Assembly: GCA_947053455.1 (NCBI GenBank)
Contig: CAMRSV010000008.1
Location: forward strand, 1 to 34,578
Direction: 5' to 3'
From: an uncultured Alphaproteobacteria bacterium
GTDB lineage: Bacteria; Pseudomonadota; Alphaproteobacteria; Rs-D84
Length of the DNA: 34,578 nt
The notes beneath the pieces were generated by a model, which ran no database searches, was not told where the DNA came from, and saw only the letters and a list, made by a program, of their open reading frames with translations. Shown piece after piece: positions 26,101 through 34,578 of this stretch; the stretch's first letter is position 1, and each line of letters begins with the position of its first letter. The translations under genes were made by a program, and so were the position numbers.

Positions 26101-28931
26101 AAGATTACAGCGGGTATTATAAATATCAGACCGTCACCCGTGACCGCGTTATATCCCAGACCGGATTTAATATCAAAAAAGACGGCACAAAAATAGATAT
26201 TGATACAAAAAATTCCGGTACATATTTTCTGCAGATTCTGGACCCAGACGAAAACATTATGGCAAACATAGAGTATTTCGTCGCCGGTACTGAAAACAAC
26301 GCATTAACTGCGGACAAGACCGCAGAATTAGAATTAAAATTAAATGCATCAGACTATAACGCGGGCGACGAAATCACGGTTGATATAACCGCGCCATATG
26401 CGGGCGCGGGTCTGATAACGATTGAACGCGACCGTGTATACGCATACAAATGGTTCCGGGCCAACGGCACTCACACCAGCCAAAAAATAAAAATTCCAGC
26501 CGGATTCGAAGGCACCGGGTACATCAATGTTTCATTTGTTCGCGACATAAACAGCCGGGACGTATTCACAACACCTTATGCATACGCGGTTGCGCCGTTC
26601 CGTGCAAATGTTTCCAAACGAAATATTTCAATCAAACTGTCGGCGCCGGATGTGGTACGCGATAACAAACTTGTAATAAAATACGAAACGAACAAATCGG
26701 CACGCATGATGATTTTTGCGGTTAACACCGGTATTTTACAGGTTGCAAAATACAAAACACCAAACCCAATCGCACACTTTTTCCAAAAGGCTGCCCTGCA
26801 GGTTGAAACTTATCAAATTCTGTCATTGTTGCTGCCGGAATACAAGGTATTGCGCGAATTTGCCAAGACGGGCGGCGGTGATTACGATGGGGGCGCCGGT
26901 GAGTTAGGCGCACCATTAACAAATCCGTTTGGCCGGCGTGTAAATGCACCTGTGGCATTCTATTCGGGGATAATAAACGCAACCGCAAATAAATCCGGCA
27001 CGGTAGAGTTTGATATTCCGCAATATTTCAATGGGGCAATAACGGTATTTGCCGTCGCGGCAAACGATGCATCCATGGGTGCCGCAGAAACCGAGACCCT
27101 TGTTCAGTCACCGGTAATAATTTCACTGGCGACACCGACCAAGGCCACACCGGGCGATAAATTTGAAGTAAATGCCATCATATCAAACATGACCGAACGC
27201 AGTGGCGCCGACGCAATGGTTAATGCCACGGTACGCACGAACACACCGATATCAATTGACGGCAACGCATCCACCGAACTGGCCATCCCCCAAGGCACGG
27301 AAAAACTTTGGACATTTGGTGCGAATGTGGGCGATATGCTGGGTGGCACCACAATATCGGTAGCCGCACGCGTCATGAAAAACGGCAAACAATTGGCGAC
27401 ACGCACCAGTGACGCAACCATTTCAATACGGCCAATTACCACATTTGAAACAAATGTAAAAACAGGCATATTGAAATCAAAATCAGAAACAATTAAAAAG
27501 TTCGCCCGCGACATGTATACCAACAAAGAAAACATACAATTGTTTGTTTCGGCGAATGCATCTGTCCTGATGCGACCATTATTTGAATATCTGAAAACGT
27601 ATGATTACAATTGCTCCGAACAATTGGTGTCACGCGCACTGCCTTATGCATTGGCCGGCGATGATATGATATTGGGGACAACACGCACAGAATCAGCGCA
27701 GCAAATTTCCAAATTTATAAACGAACTACAAAATCGTCAAAACCCCAATGGGTCGTTCAACATGTGGCCGGGCGTAAACACCACGCCAGACGAAACAACC
27801 GCATATATTACGGCCTATGCGGCGCATTTCATGACAATCGCACGTGAAAACGGTTTCAATGTGCCAAAAAACATGCTGTCACGTGCAATTGACTATCTGC
27901 GTGAATATGCGGGCGAAAATATTCGAAATGAATCCGACGCCGACGCCAAGGCGTTCGCAATTTACGTTATTACACGCAATGAATATGTAACGACCGGCTA
28001 TATTGATTCATTTGAAGAATACGCGAATAAAAACATTAAAAACTGGGAATCAAAACTGATGGGGTCATATATAGCCGCCAGTTATAAAATGTTGAAGCAA
28101 ACCGCCCATGCGGACAAATTATTTGCAAAATATAAAAAAACCGGTGAACGTCGGTTTGAATATTACGGCACATTCGACACCAGCGCCGCAAACGATGCGA
28201 TATATTCATATCTGTCGCGAAAATATTTTGGCGCAAACGAATTTGATATTGATTCCATACGCGAATATATCAACAGTGGTGAATTTTCAACATTCACTTC
28301 TGCTATGGCGATTCTGGGGCTGTCGGGCGACACACCAAAAGAAAGCGACACACCAAAAATTTCGGTAATTGCAAATGGTTCGGCAATTGATGGTGGTATA
28401 AAATCCGGAACATTTACCGCAAATATTCCACACGGCACAGACAAAATTGAAATCAAATGCGACACATGCGCGCGTGATTTGCAATTATTCTACACCATTA
28501 TCCAAAGCGGATTCCCACGCACCGCGCGCGCCGCAGAAAACGGGCTGGAAATCGTACGTGAATATTTTGACACGGCTGGTAATCGTGTGACGCACGGCGC
28601 AATCGGCGACATGATAACGGTAAAAATATCCGTTCGTGCACGTGGTAGTTCCGAAATTGTACAAAATGTAGTTATAACTGATTTATTGCCTGGGGGACTT
28701 ACCCCGTTGGAACTGTCGGGTGATGTCGATTTTTATGAAATCCGTGAAGACCGCATTTTGCTGTTCATGACGGCAACGCGCACACCACGTGAAATAACAT
28801 ACACCGCACAATTGACGGCGGCCGGACAATTTGCAATTGCGCCAATTCATGCCGCGTCAATGTATAATCCCGCAATAAACGCAACCGGAAAAACGGGCGA
28901 AATGTTCTCGGTGTCAAATGCAACGAATTAA
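23196..28931 (+). CDS. Bacterial alpha-2-macroglobulin family protein
   Basis: TDLGI, FTDRGIYRPGE, F.VEEFVPD, thioester motif CSEQ (27612-27623), QN.NGSF.MWPG, ITDLLPGG, REDR, SMY.P; adjacent to pbpC. Start at ATG 23196. Confidence 0.95.
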   Translation: MKNNSTKKKVKKNNTPQIKTRRRTTIFVVAAAMAVLALGGAIAWFKTDAQKTVLHASVDTPTFSEFRDNNATILTGDAHIPTVNNNRELNPIRPLYISYAANRSHTPAFKMNLTDAEIARAIKITPFIKGKWSVHGGAISFVPDINWPADTKFTVKIAKNLFNDDAKPDTRRISFTTPDISAKIDSFNIYPDGAAPKRVIVAAVVSFNYPVKQANFNSRISMELDGKQIDFSSKFDKFDRTAVITTNPIDITDSVQSVRMKIGRIPAAAGTATTKPANAKVTIEPADNFFRVSDIQTIAADDNDGNAQQLILITTTTGASRVTQWTKNIDAYLLPKFKGDDKTRAHKWEMDEVTDAVIAKSKKLTLDEINFAAPGGIYQYAFAYDAGDGDERYIYVNVHGGIKSAGGFDLKNSAAHVMRVPYPEKSVKIAGDGALLSLGGDRKLGIMTRGGVKNAYVNLYKVKASEINHLISQTYNVFSQSMDFKSWAFGAYDMSVVFQKTVPFANASVKRTNYASIDLGDYLDKTGADKTGIFIMQTGITRSNADYNDRRLILLTDLGIIRKINNDGSSVLFVSSLSKGTPAPSVEISVLGRNGNPIWTGKTNTDGRVDIPRFAWSEYKNAREPVAFVARQGNDVSFIPYDGTFDTRVEYSKFETDGAYSSSVIPMNAYIFTDRGIYRPGENMIIGGIVKNKSFAELAGVPVKLEIEDARGRTIFERTFSLVADGMFDIKYDISATAPIGDWTARVYSLNTKNKQQDILGTANFRVEEFVPDNLKITAKISDSRDAGWISPEQITADVSLRNLFGTPAADRMITARAVLTPATFSFDKYKQYRFTENFISGTGLSDNSMARPQQITIDLPNTYTDENGMAKMPIKFDGDIGNGTYVLNLTVNGGNGENGNSVRTTISTRVAAAKYLVGFHADSDLSYINKNAVRRVNLIALDATATPIAVNGLTKKLIRRENLTSLVKDYSGYYKYQTVTRDRVISQTGFNIKKDGTKIDIDTKNSGTYFLQILDPDENIMANIEYFVAGTENNALTADKTAELELKLNASDYNAGDEITVDITAPYAGAGLITIERDRVYAYKWFRANGTHTSQKIKIPAGFEGTGYINVSFVRDINSRDVFTTPYAYAVAPFRANVSKRNISIKLSAPDVVRDNKLVIKYETNKSARMMIFAVNTGILQVAKYKTPNPIAHFFQKAALQVETYQILSLLLPEYKVLREFAKTGGGDYDGGAGELGAPLTNPFGRRVNAPVAFYSGIINATANKSGTVEFDIPQYFNGAITVFAVAANDASMGAAETETLVQSPVIISLATPTKATPGDKFEVNAIISNMTERSGADAMVNATVRTNTPISIDGNASTELAIPQGTEKLWTFGANVGDMLGGTTISVAARVMKNGKQLATRTSDATISIRPITTFETNVKTGILKSKSETIKKFARDMYTNKENIQLFVSANASVLMRPLFEYLKTYDYNCSEQLVSRALPYALAGDDMILGTTRTESAQQISKFINELQNRQNPNGSFNMWPGVNTTPDETTAYITAYAAHFMTIARENGFNVPKNMLSRAIDYLREYAGENIRNESDADAKAFAIYVITRNEYVTTGYIDSFEEYANKNIKNWESKLMGSYIAASYKMLKQTAHADKLFAKYKKTGERRFEYYGTFDTSAANDAIYSYLSRKYFGANEFDIDSIREYINSGEFSTFTSAMAILGLSGDTPKESDTPKISVIANGSAIDGGIKSGTFTANIPHGTDKIEIKCDTCARDLQLFYTIIQSGFPRTARAAENGLEIVREYFDTAGNRVTHGAIGDMITVKISVRARGSSEIVQNVVITDLLPGGLTPLELSGDVDFYEIREDRILLFMTATRTPREITYTAQLTAAGQFAIAPIHAASMYNPAINATGKTGEMFSVSNATN

Positions 28932-31329
28932 GAATATCGCAAAAAAAACACAAAAATCTGTGGCGGCGTTTTATCGTCGCCATCGGGTTTTTTGCATGGT
29001 GGGAACATTTATTCTTGCCTGTTATGTGATTATACGCACATTTTTTACACCGCCTCTAATAAGCGACATTGATTTTTCACGTGCATATTATGACCGAAAT
29101 GGTGAACTATTGCGCCTTACACTGTCTGCGGACGATAAATATAGAATGTTTGCACCATTGGACAAAATCGCCCCGTCGTTAAAGCGCGCGACAATATTAT
29201 ACGAAGACAAATATTTTTACATTCACCCCGGCGTCAACCCGGTATCACTGATAAAATCTGCCGCGGCATATTTTGGCGGCGCACCCCGCCCTGCCGGTGC
29301 ATCAACCATAACCATGCAGGTGGCGCGTATGAAATATGGTTTGAATACAAAAAAACCGACCGGAAAACTTATACAAATCGCCGCGGCAATTTACATTGAC
29401 GCATTTCATTCAAAACACGAAATATTACAAGCATATCTAAACATGGCACCATATGGCGGCAATATAGAAGGCGTTGCCGCCGCATCAAACATATATTTTC
29501 AAAAAGGCGCAGACAAACTTTCCACCATTGAGTCAATAACATTGGCGACAATACCACAAAATCCGGTAAAGCGCGGCCTACACACGCACATAGGCATTGC
29601 CAATATGTCAACGATACGAACCGGCTTGGTTGGCAAATGGGGCGGCGATGTAAATGCGCAAAAAAATCTGGAAACATTGGCACAAATGCCGATAATGGCA
29701 CACGGAACGCGCGAACTGCCATTTTTCGCGCCGCATTTTGTTGACCGTGAAATCGCCCGCGATAATTATTGGACTAAATTAGGCGATGCGAACAGCACAA
29801 AAATAAATACGACAATTGATTTGAATCTGCAAAGAACATTAGAGGCAACCCTTTCATCACAAATTGAGCGTCGAAAAAATCTAGGGATACAAAACGCGGC
29901 GGCAATTTTGGTTAATTATAAAACAATGGAAACCCTTGCTTATATCGGCTCGGCAAATTATTTTGATAAGTCAATATATGGTGAAAACGACGGTGTTCGC
30001 GCACGACGCAGCCCTGGTTCCACGCTAAAGCCGTTGATTTACGCGGCGGCGGCTAATCGCGGATTTATTCATGGTATGACACTGTTAAAAGATGCAAAAA
30101 TAAATTTCGGTGTTTATGCACCAGAAAATGCCGACGGAGAATTTTACGGCCCGGTACTGGCACGAGACGCACTGACCCATTCCAGAAATATCCCGGCAAT
30201 AAACCTAACGCGGAAAATCGGATTTAGAAATTTTTACAAACTTCTGTCCGACTGTGGCGTTTCAAACCTATTGCCGGCCGAACATTACGGAATATCTATT
30301 GCGCTGGGGGGCGCAGAAGTTTCGATGTTTGAATTGGCCGGGATATACGCGACAATGGCAAATCTGGGAATGCGGCGCGAAATAAAAACACGCATTGACA
30401 CCCCGGATACCAAGGGCACTCAACTGCTGTCACCGGAGGCATTTTTTCTAACCCTGGATATGCTGGGACGGGCGTCACCACCACAAAAAAATATTCCGTT
30501 TGCAAAAAATCGTGCAACGCAAATACGCCATTATTGGAAAACAGGCACATCATCTTCGTTTCGCGACGCATGGACCGCCGGAATATTCGGGGACTATGTT
30601 TTAATCGTATGGATTGGAAATTTTGATGGCACGCCCAATAACGCATTTAGTGGCGCGCGGGCTGCCGCACCAATATACTTTGCCATGGCCGATGCCGTTG
30701 CGCAATACATGAAGGCGCACAACACACCGGTAAAGAACAATAATTTTCTGCGCGAAGATATGAACATTTCACAAATCGAAATGTGCGAAGGCGTGGGCGC
30801 GATTGCCGGCCCCCACTGTCCCCATTCGGTACCGGCATATTTTATTCCGGGCGTTTCGCCGATTGACACCGCATCCGTATATCGGGCGGTGCCGATTGAC
30901 AACAAAACCGGGCGACGCGCATGCAACAACGACCCACAAACAACCCACATGGAAATATATGAATTTTGGGACGCGGAATATTTAGACATGTTTCGACGCG
31001 CAGGCGCACGCCGAAATACGCCGCCACCGTTTGTCCCGGGATGCGACCTGAACGACATTATTCAATCACGTAACGCGCCGGTTATAACCTCCCCAGCCGA
31101 CGGAATGAAATTCGTAATAACATCTAATTCGGATTTCACCCCTGTAACATTCCAGGCAGTATCAGATAATCCACAGGTAAAAATATTTTGGTTTTTGGAC
31201 GACGAACTAATCGGAACAACAAAGTCTGGCGACGTACTGCGACATAATGTGCAAATGGGTGAACACACTGTACGTGTTGCCGACGAATTAGGAATGGGCG
31301 GCAGTTCGGATTTCGCAATTATAAAATAA
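28918..31329 (+). CDS. pbpC: Penicillin-binding protein 1C
   Basis: Transglycosylase EDKYF..HPGVNP, GASTITMQVAR, YLN.APYGGN; transpeptidase SPGSTLK, SRN, KTGT; C-terminal BiPBP-type domain. Confidence 0.93.
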   Translation: MQRIKNIAKKTQKSVAAFYRRHRVFCMVGTFILACYVIIRTFFTPPLISDIDFSRAYYDRNGELLRLTLSADDKYRMFAPLDKIAPSLKRATILYEDKYFYIHPGVNPVSLIKSAAAYFGGAPRPAGASTITMQVARMKYGLNTKKPTGKLIQIAAAIYIDAFHSKHEILQAYLNMAPYGGNIEGVAAASNIYFQKGADKLSTIESITLATIPQNPVKRGLHTHIGIANMSTIRTGLVGKWGGDVNAQKNLETLAQMPIMAHGTRELPFFAPHFVDREIARDNYWTKLGDANSTKINTTIDLNLQRTLEATLSSQIERRKNLGIQNAAAILVNYKTMETLAYIGSANYFDKSIYGENDGVRARRSPGSTLKPLIYAAAANRGFIHGMTLLKDAKINFGVYAPENADGEFYGPVLARDALTHSRNIPAINLTRKIGFRNFYKLLSDCGVSNLLPAEHYGISIALGGAEVSMFELAGIYATMANLGMRREIKTRIDTPDTKGTQLLSPEAFFLTLDMLGRASPPQKNIPFAKNRATQIRHYWKTGTSSSFRDAWTAGIFGDYVLIVWIGNFDGTPNNAFSGARAAAPIYFAMADAVAQYMKAHNTPVKNNNFLREDMNISQIEMCEGVGAIAGPHCPHSVPAYFIPGVSPIDTASVYRAVPIDNKTGRRACNNDPQTTHMEIYEFWDAEYLDMFRRAGARRNTPPPFVPGCDLNDIIQSRNAPVITSPADGMKFVITSNSDFTPVTFQAVSDNPQVKIFWFLDDELIGTTKSGDVLRHNVQMGEHTVRVADELGMGGSSDFAIIK

Positions 31330-31350
31330 ATGCCGCAAAAATCGCGGCAT
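31330..31350. terminator. Hairpin between converging genes
   Basis: ATGCCGC-AAAAATC-GCGGCAT. Confidence 0.5.
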
Positions 31351-31353
31351 GGG

Positions 31354-32238
31354 TTATACGTCGTCGGAATTATCCGGATGAGATGTAATTAACCCAAATT
31401 TCATAACATAATTAAAAGACAATCCATAAATAAGATTGCCGCCATACACATCAACACCACGCGCCTTGGCCAGACGATATTGTACATACGGCCCGAAATA
31501 AAAATCGCCCCACAATTTCGTGTCCATGCGTGCAACTGCGCTTAAATCACGCTTTAAATCAGTTGGGACATAGCCGGAAAAAGAAAAATATTCGCGATAA
31601 TAACCATTGGATTGAAATTTTATACCAGGTCGCAACTCATATTCAAAACGCCAACCAAATTCTGCACCGGTTTTATTTGTTTTGTTGTCAGAATATGTGA
31701 AATCATATTCATATAATCCGGTCAAATACAAACTTTTTATAATTGGATGCTCAAACAGCGACAAACCACCACTTGCACGAACTATATTTTGACGCGGCAC
31801 ATCGCCGTTTGCAACAAATTCCGTATCGTATGCCCCACGCACAGTTGGGCCAAATTTAAATCCGCCAAATTCCCAACATGCCCATGACATATCACTGGAA
31901 AATAATATTTTGTCCGCATTTTCATTGGACGTTGACGGCTCATCATATGGTTTCAAGGTTGTTTTTCCATACTCCATAAACAACCCGTTGTCCCAGCGTA
32001 ACTTATCCTTTTTATATTCCAAAACAGTATCAAAAACACCCTTGATAAAATCCTGGCTATCGGCGCTTAATGCCTGTACGGGCGAATCGGCATATTCTGC
32101 CGCATTCTGAATCTGGGTGCGTGAGATTTCCAAACCGATACGGCGAATGGATAAATACAATTCACCGGGCGCAGACTCCGCCGTCGCTATACCTGGTACA
32201 AAAAAAAACGATAATATAAGTAAGGATATTTTCTTCAA
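31354..32238 (-). CDS. Putative outer-membrane beta-barrel protein
   Basis: TTG start at 32238 with GAGG RBS gives a clean signal peptide (MKKISLLILSFFFVPGIATA); aromatic-rich alternating strands. Confidence 0.65.
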   Translation of the reverse strand: MKKISLLILSFFFVPGIATAESAPGELYLSIRRIGLEISRTQIQNAAEYADSPVQALSADSQDFIKGVFDTVLEYKKDKLRWDNGLFMEYGKTTLKPYDEPSTSNENADKILFSSDMSWACWEFGGFKFGPTVRGAYDTEFVANGDVPRQNIVRASGGLSLFEHPIIKSLYLTGLYEYDFTYSDNKTNKTGAEFGWRFEYELRPGIKFQSNGYYREYFSFSGYVPTDLKRDLSAVARMDTKLWGDFYFGPYVQYRLAKARGVDVYGGNLIYGLSFNYVMKFGLITSHPDNSDDV

Positions 32239-32277
32239 AACAAAACCTCGTTCAACAATATGCATTACAAAAAGAAT

Positions 32278-32910
32278 TTATTTCCAAATACGCAGTACAC
32301 CGTCTTGATCGGCATATTTCCACCCAGATTCACGCAGGGAAATCGTAAATCCCGCACGTTTACCGTTCGGAAATTCCATCATAATTTGGTCACCCATCAT
32401 ATATTTAGTGGAAAAATCAATTTCCCCCGCGCGTGAAATATGGTTCAAATCAATCCAATCTACCAACGGATTAGACAATGTCGCCAACACAACGAATTTA
32501 TCGCCCGAATTTCCATCAGGCAACCAATTTTGCACAGCGTTTACGTTCATCCATTGCCGCACGGCATTTGCATCCAGCGTCATTGATATTGTCGCCGAAT
32601 ATGTTGTATTTGATATTTTTTCCCCGGAAATTGCGCTTGTAGAGACCAGTGCCGTCAAATCATCGGACGCCGCATTGGCCAATACCTCGCGCAATTGTTC
32701 TGGGTTTGAATATTGCCCCAGTGCGTCCACGATTATTTGACGACGCGCCTCGTCAAAAGCCATTGTTTTTGCGGTATTGGCGGTATCACTGGTAATATTT
32801 ACCGTTGCGACGCCGGACAATTGCACGGCATTTGCATTTGCCATGCAAAATGCACCCATCACCCCGAACAAAACATTTTTTATGCATTTCATTTTTTTAG
32901 AACTTCGCAT
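32278..32910 (-). CDS. Secreted hypothetical protein (210 aa)
   Basis: Signal peptide ending ANA; overlaps the upstream gene, so probably co-transcribed. Confidence 0.7.
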   Translation of the reverse strand: MRSSKKMKCIKNVLFGVMGAFCMANANAVQLSGVATVNITSDTANTAKTMAFDEARRQIIVDALGQYSNPEQLREVLANAASDDLTALVSTSAISGEKISNTTYSATISMTLDANAVRQWMNVNAVQNWLPDGNSGDKFVVLATLSNPLVDWIDLNHISRAGEIDFSTKYMMGDQIMMEFPNGKRAGFTISLRESGWKYADQDGVLRIWK

Positions 32911-34396
32911 TTATTCCGACACGTATTCCCATCGATTTGTAAAATGATTCTATTTCACCGTCACTTTTGCAGACCCAACCCGGACAGGACGCTTCTAAAT
33001 CCTTGATATTCAATGCAATTGCATCTCCAGTTTCTGGATTTAACATATCTGCTTCTGTCTTACCCTGGTCTGTCCAAAGTTTCAAACGTGCATTATACAA
33101 GTCGGTATAATATGTCGGATTCAAATAGGTGTTTGCATCCGCCCCATCAACCGTATAATAATCATACGTCAACCCGACAGATAATGAAATCATATCCGTC
33201 AGTGCAGTCATCCAGTTCGCCCCAAACGCGAAATGCAACGCAGAAAACATTCCCGCACTGTCTTCAATACTCTTTGGGTGCTGCCAATCAAAACGATACG
33301 GTTGATCACCGGTCGAAGTATATCCCGGGAACCCAAGTTCAACATATCCGTTAACTGAATTTTTTTGATTTATTTCATACAACATTTCCATCGCAACATA
33401 CGGCCCAGACCATTCGACTTCATAAGAATGACTAGTTCCAGGTTGCTGGTAATAGTAAGTACCACCTGTTGAGACAAACTCTGTCCCACTTGGCACCGGT
33501 ATCAGTTCATCGCCCGTATCGCGCCAAATTACGGATTCCTTTTTATTAGCGTCATAAAATATTATAATCGGGTCGCACTGCAATTCGCCGTTTTCTTCAA
33601 AGCACGCGGCAGTATCAACCGAAAGCCCATAATTTTTGTCCGTTTCCAACTTATATTTGAAATAACGATATCCAATCGATGGCGTAAACTTTACATTTCC
33701 CCAGCGGAATAAGTCTGTCATGCCGATTCCGATATTGAACCCCATCATATTGCCACCGCTGCTGTTACCAATCGACAAAGAGTGACCAAATGATTCAAAA
33801 ATTTTGCCGTTATCGTCTATGAACCTGTCGACCAAATAACCGCCGTTTGATATATCATCGTCGACCATGGTCGTGTCGCCGGCCTGCATACCATATTTAA
33901 ATCCGGCACTTACATTCAAATCCATACTGCCGATATTAAAGGCATGCGCACCGTAAACGTCAAAAACATTCCAATCCACATTGTCATAATGCAGAATTGA
34001 ACCGGCCTCCTTCATTTCAAAACGCCACTGGGCTGTTTCACGTGAAATATTAGCCCCCAGTTTAAATCCTTTGTCTGATTTGGCAGACGCGGTTCGCGGC
34101 GCCGAAGATGCGGCAGACGGCTGCTGCATTGGTACTTGTGCGGTGCGCACAGTCTGGCTCACAACATTTGATTGATATGAATTCGGCTGCATATTACCGC
34201 GCGAATAATAATTTGTTGGCATCGCAGCCGTTGTGCGGGCAGCTGGATTTACACCAGACGAATAATTCTTTTGCGTATATTTATTCTGTGATGCCTGATA
34301 AGAATTTGTATATCCGGTATAATAGGTTCCGGCTGCATTGGCCGCAAACGGCGCAAGTGTAATACAACCGACAAAGAAAAAGTTCATTTTTCTCAT
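32897..34396 (-). CDS. Outer-membrane beta-barrel protein, loosely omptin-like
   Basis: Signal peptide, low-complexity Tyr/Ser/Asn/Gln N-terminus, barrel strands, C-terminal ...GIRVGINAKF. Confidence 0.7.
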   Translation of the reverse strand: MRKMNFFFVGCITLAPFAANAAGTYYTGYTNSYQASQNKYTQKNYSSGVNPAARTTAAMPTNYYSRGNMQPNSYQSNVVSQTVRTAQVPMQQPSAASSAPRTASAKSDKGFKLGANISRETAQWRFEMKEAGSILHYDNVDWNVFDVYGAHAFNIGSMDLNVSAGFKYGMQAGDTTMVDDDISNGGYLVDRFIDDNGKIFESFGHSLSIGNSSGGNMMGFNIGIGMTDLFRWGNVKFTPSIGYRYFKYKLETDKNYGLSVDTAACFEENGELQCDPIIIFYDANKKESVIWRDTGDELIPVPSGTEFVSTGGTYYYQQPGTSHSYEVEWSGPYVAMEMLYEINQKNSVNGYVELGFPGYTSTGDQPYRFDWQHPKSIEDSAGMFSALHFAFGANWMTALTDMISLSVGLTYDYYTVDGADANTYLNPTYYTDLYNARLKLWTDQGKTEADMLNPETGDAIALNIKDLEASCPGWVCKSDGEIESFYKSMGIRVGINAKF

Positions 34397-34447
34397 TATA
34401 AAATCCTTGCCTTTATTTATATCGAGAACATTTTATCATAAAAAAGG

Positions 34448-34475
34448 TTGAAAAACAACCAGGTTATTGTAAAAT
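34448..34475 (+). promoter_or_regulatory. Putative sigma70-type promoter
   Basis: TTGAAA-16-TAAAAT immediately before the hairpin repeat. Confidence 0.45.
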
Positions 34476-34486
34476 TACACACATAG

Positions 34487-34578
34487 TTCGGTTTTGTGAT
34501 GCGCATGGCGACTATGGAGTGACGCCATGGCCGCAAAGCCGAAAGGATTTATCGGTTTTGTGATGTTCATGGCGACTA
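34487..34578 (+). repeat. Tandem hairpin repeat, 64-nt period, truncated by window end
   Basis: 34488-34514 and 34552-34578 match at 25/27 nt; unit 1 folds as TTCGGTTTTGTG/CGCAAAGCCGAA plus CATGGCG/CGCCATG. Confidence 0.7.

Noticed and set aside
34487-34578. CRISPR array (27-nt repeat plus 37-nt spacer) or c-di-GMP-I riboswitch (CGCAAAGCC)
   Set aside because: The apparent spacer is complementary to the repeat, so the unit is a hairpin. The riboswitch's 5' GGCAAA and GNRA elements are absent. CRISPR cannot be fully excluded because the window ends here.

Overview
This is a chromosomal window from a Gram-negative bacterium, most likely an Alphaproteobacterium (inferred from the style of RpsB, EF-Ts, EnvC, CtpA, LptC and OmpA). 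It carries housekeeping genes (eno, lptC-lptB, ctpA, envC, tyrS, rpsB-tsf) and many envelope genes: two autotransporter-like proteins, an OmpA lipoprotein, an alpha-2-macroglobulin/PBP1C pair and two beta-barrel proteins. Stand-alone accessory genes lie between them: a superinfection-immunity-like membrane protein, an XRE-like HTH protein, a divergent ClpP-like protein, a Fic/Doc protein lacking the catalytic His, and an Mpi-like serine invertase. The most striking unexplained feature is the ORF-free interval 13533-14333. It holds three tandem, diverged copies of a ~160-180-nt structured RNA on the minus strand. Each copy has its own sigma70-type promoter and a U-rich 3' end. The stems covary between copies, a 15-nt loop is nearly invariant, and a conserved pair of mutually exclusive helices is present. 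Other structured non-coding elements are a two-state leader upstream of the Fic gene and a promoter-proximal 64-nt hairpin repeat cut off by the window end. All family assignments come from motif recognition by eye; no database searches were run.
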